Shown here: positions 18,151 to 30,424 of the stretch, piece by piece | Numbering within the stretch: the stretch's first letter is position 1 | Layout of the letters: each line of letters starts with the position of its first letter | From: the human T2T-CHM13v2.0 reference genome, Homo sapiens | Length of the DNA stretch: 64,000 nt | Strand: one strand, 5' to 3' | NCBI RefSeq assembly: GCF_009914755.1 | Contig: NC_060930.1 | Position numbers and translations under genes: made by a program | The notes under the pieces: model-generated | What the model saw: only the letters and a program-made list of their open reading frames with translations | Told to the model about the DNA's origin: nothing | Databases searched by the model: none

Positions 18151-18976
18151 ACAATTTCTTTGATCTTCAAAACCACCCTGTGAAGTGAGCATAGCAGATA
18201 TTTTTCACTCACATCTTATATATAAGGAACGAGGACTAGAAAATGTTAGGTGATTTGCCTAAGGTCCCCTAAGTCATTCCAAAATTGAAGAAAATCAACA
18301 CTTTGTCCAGATAGCAATATAGGTGGAAACCTCTATGCAGTTCACCTTTGGATTTAATCATCCTATCCTTGAAAAAAAAATCTTTAAAAGCTAATACTGG
18401 TTGCACCGTTGATTCCAATTAGTTTTGCAAAATCGATTGGATAGAATTTATGGCATCGTCTGATGATTTGAAGCATCAAATTGCTCCATAATATGCTTTT
18501 CTATTTCCTAGACAAAGGTCTGGATCATTCATATTTTTGAATGTTATTCTAAATCTAAGTCTTACATTCTAGGCTGCAAATGAACCATGAAAATAATCCA
18601 GCTTTTTAAACTGGAGTTAACAGGAGGCAACTCCTTTAAGAAAGTGACATTTTTATCTTCTTGTGTTATAAACATGTCAAAATTGTCGACACTGGCGCAA
18701 ATCTGTTTCTTCTGATATTTTAGGGATATTATAGGTGGCAAATAATTGTGAGATAAAGCTTGATTTTGTTTTCTTCCCCTCTCAGTTTTATAAATAAGTG
18801 CAAACAAGCCAAGTTATAATTTCCTTTTCCCCAAAAAAAGTCTGCATTCAATACTTAGTTTTTCAGAAAATGTACTAATTATAATAAATATTAACGATTA
18901 TAAGTTCATAGAAAAACAAAACATAGTCGTTTAAGTTATTCCTGGAACATCTGGATTTTATTAAGAGATGAAGGGT

Positions 18977-19283
18977 GGCCAGGTGCAGTTGCTCACACCT
19001 GTAATCTTATTACTTTGGGAGGCCAAGGTGGCAGATCACTTGAGCTCAGGAGTTCAAGACCAGCCTGGCCAACATTGTGAAACCCCATCTCTTCTAAGAA
19101 TACAAAAATTAGTGAGGTTTCGTGGTGCAGACCTGTAATCCCAGCTACTCAGGAGGCTGAAGCAGAATTGCTTGAACCCGGGAGGCAGAGTTTGCAGTGA
19201 GCCAAGATCACACCACTGCACTCCAGCCTGCCAGCCTGGATGACAGAGTAAGTCTCTGTCAAAAAAAAAAAAAAAAAAAAAAA
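18977..19283 (+). mobile_element. Alu (AluS-like)
   Basis: Alu consensus plus A23 tail. Confidence 0.95.
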
Positions 19284-19361
19284 GACAGAAGTAAAGCATA
19301 ACAATAAATCTGTACATCTTAGTAGTAAGGGAAGCTCAGTTTACTAATTTTTCCTCTATAA

Positions 19362-19538
19362 CAGCAGTTCTCAAAATGCGGTCCCAGGGCCAGTAGCATC
19401 TGCGTCATCTGGGACTTGTTAAAAATAAAAATTCTTAACCTGTACCCCAGACTTACTGAGAGCCATGGAAGCAAAAGCAGCAATTTGTTTTTTAAGAAGC
19501 TGTCCAGGTGATTCTGCGCTAAAGTTTGAGACACATTG
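19362..19538. mobile_element. MER5A-like hAT MITE
   Basis: cagcagttctcaaa...ccaggtgattct...aaagtttgagacacattg (decayed TIRs). Confidence 0.75.
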
Positions 19539-19829
19539 GTGTAAATTTAAAAAGCATGTTTCAGACTACGAAAGACCTGGTTTCAATTCCAACCTTAACT
19601 AGATGATTTTGGATACATCATCTAAGTTTTCTGGTGCCAAGGTTTTCTTATCTGGTTAATAACTTATCCTTGTCACTGCCCTTATAAGTATTACAAATAC
19701 TACCTGATAAGTGATATTGCTCATTTGCTTACTGGAAGGCTTCCCTCTCCAAGTGATTCAGACGCATGCTTAAGTTTGAGAACCATTTGTTTCAAACTTA
19801 CGGTCTATAAGATGCCATACATTGGAAAC

Positions 19830-19976
19830 AGAATCAGCTACACAATTTGCAAGATCCATTGCAAAATGAAAATGTACAGTCCCTTGTTCAAAAACTGAGA
19901 ATTTCAAGAGGATGAGAACAGAGCATTAAACTAAGTATGGCACCCCACTAAGCCCAGCCCTATGAATGCCCAGCCT
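19830..19976 (+). mobile_element. MER45A-like hAT element
   Basis: gctacacaatttgc...tgcaaaatgaaaatg...cccttgttcaaaa...agaatttcaaga...cagagcattaaac. Confidence 0.7.
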
Positions 19977-20424
19977 TTGAATGTCCAAAGACAAGTTTCT
20001 GCTTCTATCTAATCACACCTTCTTTTTTTAGAAGAAAATAATATAATGCCATGAAAGCAGGCCACATTTCCTCCTTAGACACTGCCATTCTTACCTCCTG
20101 AGCTGTTGCCCTCCATAGACAGACATGATCATTAGCTTCCTGGTTTTTGCTCATTCTGTTGTCTTCCTTTTAGCTATTCAAATATATTTGTACCTCAAGA
20201 CCCAACTTAAGGTCCCTATCTGCCATGAAATCCTTCCTTACCACCTTAACCTACTAATCTGTCTTTTTAAACTTATCTAGTACTTATTTTATACAAAACA
20301 TTTAGCTCTTTTTGTATATATTGAGTGCTGATCACTGTGGTCATATTGTTTCTTGAGTTTGAATATAAGCATCTTGAGCTTTGAAACAGTGTCATCATTG
20401 TACAATGGAAAGGGCACATACTTT

Positions 20425-20612
20425 TGAGCTCAATAAAGCTTGGGTGTAAATACTCTCCCATTTACTTGCTGTGACTGAAGAAATTAATCAACTTTTGAGT
20501 CTCAGAATCTTCTCTGGGAAAATGGGATAATAAAACCTAGTTCATTGGGTTGTTGTGAGGATTCAATAATATATGTAAAGCCCTTGGCATATATAAGGGC
20601 TCATCAAATATT
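20425..20612 (+). mobile_element. MIR
   Basis: MIR core: tttacttgctgtgac...gtctcag...aaaatgggataata...gggttgttgtgaggatt. Confidence 0.7.
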
Positions 20613-21515
20613 ACTTCCTCTATCACATGTATGCCTCCATATATCTGATTTTGCTTCAGCCAACATCCCAGTGCTGAGCACAAAGGCAGCATTCACTAAA
20701 TACTTGCTCATTGGAAGAGATATACATATATCTTCCATTAAATGATATATATATATTTAATGTACTATTTTACATTCACCCAAGAAGTAAACCAATCCTA
20801 TGTTGAAGTTTTGTATGTTATCTCTGACTTGTTTGTAAGTTTTTGCCTTCACATGCTGACTTTTGTAAAAAAAAAAAGTCGAATTTTGTAGACTTCATAT
20901 TTTCAAAGCATTTGCACAGCCATTATAGTATTAAAGACACTCTTAGTGGGTAAAAAGATAGATCTTATTCCCAGTCAAGAAATGGAAAAAACTGGCACTG
21001 GTGGCTAAGGAATTGTTCTAAATGACAGAACCAGTGTATTTTAATATACAGAAAAATGTCCAAGAGGCTTTATCTAAACTGAGATCTACTGACTCCTTTT
21101 CCATTGTTTTTTCCACTATACCAATCTCTTAGGCAAAAAAGACTATATCTGTAAAGTATACGCAGGAAAAACTATTTTAATTAACTAAAATAGTACAAAT
21201 GAGTCTATTTCTTTTTATTCTGGGTACAGAGTAGGCACTTGATGACTGGATTAAAAACAGCACATGATATATCAATTGCAGTTCCTGGTTTACAGTTTTA
21301 AGTAATCGAGAGTGAGTTATTTAAACTGCTCTTTTTGATAAACATATTTTAAAGAGGGCTTTTTCTCCCAATGAAAATGTAAGAACAAGTTTCATTATTT
21401 TTAAGACAATTTCAATTTGGGGCCTAGCACATCATGCTTGAGAGCTGGTTTTTTCCTTATGCAAATGGATCCTTTCTCTAAACTGGTGCAAACCACACTT
21501 TGCCTGCCAAACTTA

Positions 21516-21906
21516 TGACTCAAAGGCCCTGAAGGGTTTCTGTAGCCTCCCAGCCACAGCCCAGAAACCATAAGCTGTTTCCACGTGAAACATCCAAACA
21601 CGGTCTCCCAAGCCTAAGTCTGCTACCATCAAGGCTTCTGTATAAAAGGCAAATGAGGAGGCAGCGCCCCCTTCTGCTCCCACCCCCTTCTGCTCCCACC
21701 CCCTTCATGTCAGCAGCAGCCAATCGCTTTTCTCTGTCGTGCAGTCGGCTCCTGGGATTGGCCAGGGACGGGACAGGCGCGGAACCACTGCGCGCACAGG
21801 CGGAGCGCGGAGACTTGTCCGTCACGTGCGGCCGCCCGGCCTCTCGGCCTTGCCGCGCGCCTGGCGGGGTTGGGGGGGCGGGGACCAAGATCTGCTGCGC
21901 CTGCGT
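21516..21906 (+). promoter_or_regulatory. HSF2 proximal promoter motifs
   Basis: AP-1 TGACTCA 21516-21522; E-boxes CACGTG 21582-21587 and GTCACGTG 21821-21828 (USF type); CCAAT 21720-21724 and inverted ATTGG 21757-21761; GC box GGGGCGGGG 21875-21883; NRF1-like TGCGCCTGCGT 21896-21906. Motifs are seen; binding is inferred. Confidence 0.7.
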
Positions 21907-22580
21907 TGTGGGCGTTCTCGGGGAGCTGCTGCCGTAGCTGCCGCCGTAGCTGCCGCCGCCGCTACCACCGCGTTCGGGTGTAGAATTTGGAATCCCTGCG
22001 CCGCGTTAACAATGAAGCAGAGTTCGAACGTGCCGGCTTTCCTCAGCAAGCTGTGGACGCTTGTGGAGGAAACCCACACTAACGAGTTCATCACCTGGAG
22101 CCAGGTACGGTCAGGCCACGGCGGCCTCTGAACCCCCTGAATAACCGCCTCCTCACTCGCTCTCCTGCGGGGTGGTCTCTCGCGGCCTTGCGGCTCGACG
22201 CTGTCTGCGAGGCCCGCGGTGCGGGGCCTTGGCGTTCAGCCTCGCGGGGGACCCCCTGTATTGTTCGCTCGGGGAGCCGCGGGGGCCCGGCCGGCAGCGC
22301 CGCTCTCCTCAGGCCGCGGTGGGGGAGGGGCGGCCCGCGCGGGGCGTAGCGGCCCAGGCAGCCCCTTAACGGTCCGGTCCGCGTTCGGAACCGGCCCGGC
22401 GTCGCGAGGGGAATCGGCGAGCCGAGGGCGCGGGAGCCTCTTTACTGCACACTCATCCTCCGTCCTCCCGCCCGGCTCAGGGGTTACAAATCGCGGAGGG
22501 GACAGGGAGCCCAGGGCCAGGATCATCAACGTGGGGCTTTATAGGAGGCGATCTTTACCTCAGCGACCGATCACCCCCGG
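21700..22580. promoter_or_regulatory. CpG island over HSF2 promoter, exon 1 and start of intron 1
   Basis: Abrupt switch to very high GC with dense CpG against an AT-rich, CpG-poor background. Confidence 0.93.
22012..22104 (+). CDS. HSF2: HSF2 exon 1 coding part (aa 1-31, DBD start)
   Basis: ttaacaATG; MKQSSNVPAFLSKLWTLVEETHTNEFITWSQ; donor CAG|gtacgg. Confidence 0.98.
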
Positions 22581-24217
22581 TTCCCCCAACATTGCTTTGC
22601 ATCTGGCATCTTTATGTGGAGAGCAGTCAGGGCAATAGACATACGTTCAAACGCAGGTTACTGCTTATCAGTTGGTTTTAAAAATATATAGAAATTAACA
22701 AATTATTCTTTTGAGATTCTGTGCTATTTGTATAATGGGATTATTAGGATTGTTTTAATAAAGTACTAATAGGTGGTAACTTAGTAGTTACTAAATTTCG
22801 CTGAACAGTTACCAGCAGAGGGGCATATCGATGTGTTGATTATTGGTTTGATCTCAACTCTGCTTCTAAACAAGCATGACCTTAGTCCAGCCCTTTATCT
22901 TGTCTGGCCTAAGTTAAATCTTTCATAAGATGGATGGGTTGCCTAGGTGACCCAAGACCTATATCAGTCCCAAATACAAGATTTTAGGCAGAATGATTAT
23001 TTACATCCACAGTGCATGTGCATTAGAATACACTCCTAGGCTGTTGGAATCATTTTTATGAAGGAAAGTGGTTAACTCTTATTGTAGATGATCACCTATT
23101 GAGGCATATTTTCATATGTGTAGTTCTTGAGAAGAATAAGTGAAAACTACCTGCATAGTGCCTGGCACCTGTTAAGTGCTGAGTAAATGTTATCTCCCGT
23201 CCTCCTTTCTTTCCTGTTCTCCTATTATAGGAACTCTTAGTTTTATTTACTTTTGTCTTAACAGGGAGTGAGCACCATATTAAGACCCTGAAGTTTTGAC
23301 TTCTGTAATACCATAGTTTGCCTTGTGTTATTATTTGTTCTTTTTTCCGACTTCCTTCTAGGATTTAATTTTTGTGTGTTCTTTATGAGCAACTGAGTTA
23401 TCCTTTTAGCCCCACTCCCTGCTTGGAGTTGAGTAGCGGGGCGTGAGTGTTTCTATTAAGCATTTAATGAATTCTGTACAATTGTACAAAGCTAGGTGAA
23501 AATAAGAAAGCCAGCCACTAGCATGTACTTAAAATAAACACATGTCTCATGCTTTTCATCAGTTAGAAGGATTAAAAGTTGACAAGAAGGATCAGTACAG
23601 ACTGTTACTCAGACACGTATTCGTGTTAGAGATTGGACTGAGATTCTCTCCCCACGAAAGCTGACTTTATCATACCTTTTTGTCTTTTATGGGCCAGAAA
23701 TAGGGGCTATATATATTGGCAGTTGCTTTTAATCAGAGTATCATGTCAGTGGTAGGCCTATTAAATTCTGATTAGCAACAGTGTTTTAATAACATTCTTA
23801 TTTTCTGAGTACTGTCAAATGTGGAGAGTTTCGTACTGATCCGTAAATGCATCATTCTATGAGTTCTAAGCCAAATAAACAAGCCACTTAACCATTTTTT
23901 AATCCCATTATTAACTTTAAGCTTATGTGTTAACCAATTTTCTAATATGCCAGTGGGACAATCAAAATGTAAGCTCAGTGAGATCACTGTGCCAGAGACA
24001 CACTAGGTGTTTAATAATTGTTTGATGAATAAATGAGATCCCTCGAAAATGTAATGGAGTGGTAGGAATGATGAAGATAAAATTATATTTGAAATGACTC
24101 TTAGAGATCATCTAGGTTAGCCTTATCATTGTATAGATGAGGATTTGAGGCTTGGACAGGTGAGATTATTTATCCATAATTATACAGCTCGCCAAGATTG
24201 GAGATAAGACCCTAACA

Positions 24218-24431
24218 TAAGCTTGTCCAACCCGAGGCTCACATGTGGCCAAGGATGGGTTTGAATGCGGCCCAGCACAAATTCATAAAGTTTCTTAAAG
24301 AAACATGAGATATTTTTGCAATTTTGCTTTTAAGCTCATCAGCTATCATTAGTGTTAGTGTATTTTATGTGTGGCCCAAGACAATTCTTCTTCCAGTGTG
24401 GCCCAGGAAAACCAAAAGATTGGACACCCCT
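24218..24431. mobile_element. MER30-like hAT MITE
   Basis: tttgaatgcggcccagcacaaattc...tcatcagctatcattagtgttagtgtattttatgtgtggcccaagacaattcttc...aaaagattggacacccc. Confidence 0.82.
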
Positions 24432-24836
24432 ACCCTAATAGATTTCTGAGCTCCCAGATCAGTCTTCCACCAATAGAACTAGACTTAATGCAAGTTGACA
24501 TCATATTTAGTTTTATACCAAAATGTTGCTTGCCACAAGTCAATGGACAATTCTGAATAAATGTTGTCTAGGGCTAAGCCTAGTTGCTTAGGCAGCTGTC
24601 TCATTTGTGCTCTCCATGGATTTTTCTAAAAGCAGTGCTAATACTGAAAAGTAAAACTTTAACAATAATGTTAGGTGGAAAAACCAAAATAAGTTACTTT
24701 CATCTTTCTCTTTTCTTTGATGAATAAATGAAACCCTAGAAAATGTAATGAGAGTGGTAGGAATGATGATATAATAGTCCTCAACAGGCTTTGAATTTCC
24801 AAGTGGCAGAGACTATATCACACTATATCATATTCG

Positions 24837-25125
24837 TTTTTTTTTTTTGTGGTAGAGTATCACTCTGTCACCCTGGAGTACGGTGGCACGATCTCGGCTC
24901 ACTGCAGCCTCTGCCTCCTGGGCTCAAACGATTCTTCTGCCTCAGCGTCTCGAGTAGTTGTGATTACAGATGCGCACCACCATGCCTGGCTAATTTTTGT
25001 ATTTTTAGTAGAGACAGTGTTTCACCATGTTGGCCAGGCAGTCTCAAACTCCTGACCTCAAGTGATCCACCCGTCTCGGCCTCCCAAAGTGTTGAGATTA
25101 CAGGTGTGAGCCACCGGCGCCCAGG
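24837..25125 (-). mobile_element. Alu in intron 1
   Basis: Poly-T then antisense Alu consensus. Confidence 0.94.
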
Positions 25126-25597
25126 TACTCTCATCTTTTGAAAGTTGCTATTTATGGTGGTTTCTGGTTTCCTTCAAACTTGTGTTGTATTTCTGTTGAG
25201 GTAATTTAGCATTTATACTATGAAAATCATTGAGAACTTTTAGAAGAAGCAGTTGTTTTGGGAACCAGACAAGCTTTTGTGCAGTTTTTTTTTTCAATGG
25301 TGGAAAATAATTTATTTCTCTACCTTGAGTGTAAGGCAAGGGAAAAAAAACTCTTACCAATTGCGTTTTGGAAAACGCAGTTGGTAATATCTCTAGATAA
25401 TATCTCTGGAGACGTACATAACTTTAATTTTCCTCGAAATTTGCAATATGACAAAATTGAAAAGGGAAATAATACCTCTCACCATTAAATACAAGAATAT
25501 AATAATCTGAACAATTGAAATTATACTTAAATATGTTATTGACTCTAAAATAATAGAAATGCCTTAATTCCAGACAGTCTTTAAGAAAGCATAATGT

Positions 25598-25912
<315 letters not shown>

Positions 25913-27415
25913 AAAGTATGTTTTACATATTTCCATTTTCTCCTTACTCTTCTGAAAAACAAAAATGAAAAGTTTTCATTTTTTTTAACATTTCCTTTAA
26001 ATGTAAAATTTTATATAACTGTTCTTGGCTTTGGTAGTCTGTTGTCAGAATCAAGTACAGAGATTGTACTGTCAGACGACCTAAAACTGTTTTAAATCTT
26101 AAGTGTCCTAAAGAGAGGGCACATATTAGCTTGGAAGCAACTGGTGAAACTTGATATTCAGAGACAAGGCCGTAGAGGTTAAATGAAGTTATATAGTAAA
26201 AAACAGCCTTTACGAGTTAATGAAATGTTACAACCAACGTATGCTGAAGTGAAGCAGTATAAAAGAAGGAAAGAACTGGAAGGTCATCCTTTTGTCAGTG
26301 TTGTTACCTTTGTCTCTGTTCTTCAGATTGTTTGAGAAAATGAAGTGATTTCCACCAAAGACTTCATACCCAGCTTTCCCCCCTTTTTGTGCCCTTTGGC
26401 ATTCTCTGCTTCTCTATCCCCCTCATGTCAGCAGAGATGAATTAGGAAATAGGTAGGAGGGAGAGAGAGCAAAAACAGAATTTTTCCATTGTTTTCTAGC
26501 TGTTTTGGATGAATTTGAGCAGTAGGCCCTTGGACTTCACAAAGTGCTAGTATTGTTTTGAACATCCCAGCAACCATTGCATTATATTAGTATTTCAAAG
26601 TGAAAATAAGAAAGACTACAAGTGTGGGAGGATGGGGGTAAAATCCAACTTAGATGGACCTGCAGAAAAGTTGAAAGATTGATTTTCAAGTATTTTTATT
26701 TGTATATATAAGAGAAAGAATGAGCTAAAGACTCTAAAAGAGTAGCTGGTGCATATTAAAAATTATAGATTAGCAAGCCACAAATTTCTGTTCCGAAAAA
26801 TGTTTTAAAGTAATGTGGCTGAAGTATTAGATTATTAGGAATATTTTGAGTGTTCTAACAAGAGTGCCAAAAGGTTAATTTGGAGAGTAACGACTGTTTC
26901 TACTCTTTGGACTCTTGCCAACATTTGTGGGTAAGGTTTAAGGAGAAGGTGCCTATCTTTCCCACCTCACTCAGTAGTAGTTTTCTCATCCTTGTAAAAT
27001 ACTTAGGGAGATTCTGTGTTGTATTGCTTGAACCTCACAGGTTTAAAAGACAGGAAGGTGAATTTTTGCACTCAAAGAAGTTATTTACTAATTTTAGAAT
27101 AGAGACTGAGGGAATACAATAAGCAGAGATAGAGTGATGTGAATGAATAAGGAGTGTATGTGAGAGAGAGTGAGCACAGGTATAGCAAGAGATTATTGTC
27201 ATCTCCCTATTTTATATAATCAAATAGTTGAAATTCTAAAAATTCAGTTTATTTGGCCAAAGATTAATTTAGTCAGTCACAGGTATTTGTTATGAATCTG
27301 TTATGACCTAATATTGTGCTAGGTATCAGGAATTCATTCAGTAGTGAACCAAAGTGCCTACCTTTATGGAGCTTACATTGAGTGGTGGATATCAATAAAT
27401 AGTAAGCAAATACAA

Positions 27416-27551
27416 GCTGGGTATGGTGGTGCATGTCGTAGTTCTGGGTACTGGGGAGGCTGAGTTGGGAGGATTGCTTGAGCCCAGGAGTTTGAGGCTA
27501 GCTTGGGCAACATACTGAGACCCCTGTCTCTTAAAAAAAAAAAAAAAAAAA
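27416..27551 (+). mobile_element. Alu monomer (FLAM-like)
   Basis: gctgggtatggtggtgcatg...ggattgcttgagcccaggagtttgaggc plus poly-A. Confidence 0.88.
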
Positions 27552-27944
27552 GTAAAAGCAAGCAAAACACAATCAATATAATTTCAGTTAGTGATAAATG
27601 CCTTTAAAAAACACCAAGATAAACTGTGTGTCGGTTAAGATGCAATCATAAGTCAGAAGCCACAGGTATTTTCAAGAGGGTAAGTTTAATAGAGTTACTG
27701 ACTATATCAGGGAAATTAAAGAAAATTAAAAGAATACAAGAATAGTTTTAAGAAGCAGCCACTACTGATAGGGCTGAGATAGAGTGCCCAAGTAAGAACC
27801 TTTTTTGCCAAGGCTAAGATTCTTACCTTATTGGAAGGAATATGGCCATGACTCAGTAGCAGAGCAGTCACTGGTGTTGCTCTGGTGGAACTTACTGGAA
27901 ATGCATCCTTCAAAACTTGGTGGGAAATATGCCCTCTAGGTCAC

Positions 27945-28132
27945 GGGTTGGCAAACTGTAGTCCTTTTGCCAGCTGTTTTATAAAAAAAAGTTTAAATAG
28001 AACACAGCTATGCCCAATCTATTTACATATTGTCTGTATCTGCTTTCTCACTACAAAGGTAGAGTTATGATGTTATAATCTGCAAGCCTAATTTACTATT
28101 TGTCCCTTTAAGAAAAAGTTTATAAATCCCTG
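27945..28132. mobile_element. MER58-like hAT MITE
   Basis: gggttggcaaact...gaacacagc...tttacatattgtct...atttactat...ccctttaagaaaaagttt. Confidence 0.7.
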
Positions 28133-30048
28133 TTCTGGAGTACTCTAAAAAACTGTTTATGGGGAGATATCTTGTTAGAGATACTCTGCTTTGAAACCTC
28201 CCAAGGGAGAGGAAGCACCAGTGAAAGCTGATGGTCTTTGAGTGTTGCTGACCACCATTAATATCAAGAGCTAGGCACTGGAGAAGCTGCCTCCACTGCA
28301 GAAGCTTGCCAAGGATACATGAGTCAGGAACAAGAGCTCCTTTTTCTTGTAATATCTCTCTTTTATCCCCTGCTGACAGAACTTAACATCATGGCACCTA
28401 GAAAAAGAAAGATATTTATTTAAGGAACCAAGCTCTATGCTTGTAGAGCAGACAATGAAGAATGAATTTGGAGCAATAAATTGATAACTGGCCCATAAAC
28501 AGACTAGGATTTGTGAATATTTTAGGTAAGGTGATGAGGAAAGCCTCTCCAAGGAGACGATGTTTGAGGAGAGATCTAAATGATTAGAAAAGATGGGCCA
28601 AAGGGGAATGACAAAAGGTAAGGCCTTGAATGTGGCTGTTCAAGGAAGCAGGAAGGCCCATGTGATTAGAATATCTTTAGGGAATTAGGAGAGTGAGAGT
28701 AGGGAGGTAGGCAGGAGCAGATGGTATAGGGCCCTAGATCTATAGTAAGAAGATTGGAAATGAGGGGACCAGTTAGAAGACTATCACAGTTTTCCTATAT
28801 GGTATTGAAAATATTGATGGCTGAGACTAAGGTAGCAGCAGTCAAGGTATTGAGATGTAGCTTTGAAATCTTTGAAGGCAAAGCTGCAGGATTTGCTGAT
28901 AAATTGATAAATTGGCTATGGTTGGAGGAACGACAATTAAAAATGATTCATAAATTTGGTTTGAACTACAGGATAAATCCATTTGCTGAGGAAAGATGTT
29001 AGAGATTCTTTTTGGCATATTAACTTTGAGATTAAAAATGGATCTCTAGTATATTTGAAACAACTTGAAAATTGTTTAATTTTTCTTAAATTTGACCATG
29101 CCTAGTCATATGGCCACACCTAATTTCAAAAGGGATGAGGAAGTGCAGTGCTAGAAAAAAAAACAGGAGTATTTTTGAACAGCTTGACTGACTTCCACAC
29201 TCCAAAATGTCCAAGTGGAAATGTTGAATAGGTGGTTGAGTATAAGACTTTGGCATTCAGGGTGGAGTTTGGACCTTGTAACTGGTAAAGCCAGGAGACT
29301 TAATGAAATCATCTTCTGTGAAGATAGAAGGAACCAAAAGATGTATTATTCCAACATTTAGAGAGTATGAAGACAAAAGCCAGCAAAGGAGGCTGAGACG
29401 GAACAGTGAAAAAGAAGGAAAATCAAGGGAGTGAACCCACAGAAGTTAATGAAAGAAAATGGCTCAGGAAAGAGATCAACTGTGTCACATGCTGTTAGGA
29501 ATATTCTTGTATATCTCTCCTGGTGTATATAAGCAAGAGTTTCTCTAAGGTCTGTACACTCATGTGACTTGCTGGGATATAGGATATGAAATGTCTAACC
29601 TCAAGATAGTGTGAATTATCTTCCAAAGAGATCACACCAGCTTATTCCGCTATTAGCCATGTATGAGATTTTCTGTTAATCTGCCTCTTCAAAACTGTGT
29701 ATTAGTTATCGTTCTTACTTTTTACCAATCTAATTGATGTAAAGCATTGTCTCAATGAGGTTTTGATTTATATTTTCTTGATTATTAATGAGTTCTAAAA
29801 CCTTTTCACGTTCGTTGGCCATTTGTGTTTCCTGTTCTGTGAAATGTTTGTTTTGCCATTTTTCTGTTTTTTTTTTATTATTTGTGAGAATTCCTATATA
29901 TTCTACATATTCGAGTTTATGTTTTGGCCATATCTTCCAGTTTGTGGCTTTTTACATTTTAGTTGTCTAGCACCTTTACTGAGTAGTTCTTCCTTTTCCA
30001 GTGATCTATATTGCCACTTCTATCTTACGTCACAAGTATGTGTAGATA

Positions 30049-30424
30049 TTGTCTTAATCAGTTGGGCTGCCGTAGCAAGATATCATAGACCAGGTGGCTT
30101 CAACAACAGGCATTTATTTTTTACAGTTCTGGAGGTGGAGAAGTCCAAGATGAAGGCACTGGCCATTTCAGTTCCTGTGTTAGAGCTTTCTCTGCTTTGC
30201 AGACAGCTGCCTTCTCTCTGTGTCTTCCCAATGGCAGAGAGAGAGAGAGAGAGAGAGTGTGTTCTGGTCTCTCTTATCTTATAAGGACACTAACCTAACC
30301 TGGGGGGTCCTATCTTCATTACCTCCTCTGAACCTAATTACCTCCCAAAGGCCCTAACTCCAAATACCATCATATCAGGGGCAAGGGTTTCAACATAGAA
30401 TTTTGGGGGACACAAACATTCAGT
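30049..30424 (-). mobile_element. MLT1A-like MaLR solo LTR nested in an old antisense L1M
   Basis: gggctgcc...acagttctggagg...aagtccaagat...(GA)n...ggggacacaaacattcagt. Confidence 0.82.

Noticed and set aside
20504-20520. Possible heat shock element aGAAtcTTCt upstream of HSF2
   Set aside because: Only two correctly phased nGAAn units, inside a MIR; I cannot support a full HSE from sequence alone
21401-22638. Several sense and antisense ORFs across the CpG island other than exon 1
   Set aside because: Expected from stop-codon scarcity at high GC; Arg/Gly/Pro/Ala-rich with no recognisable domain
26419-26434. cccctcatgtcagcag resembling promoter sequence at ~21701-21716
   Set aside because: A 12-bp exact core is within chance expectation for a 64-kb self-comparison
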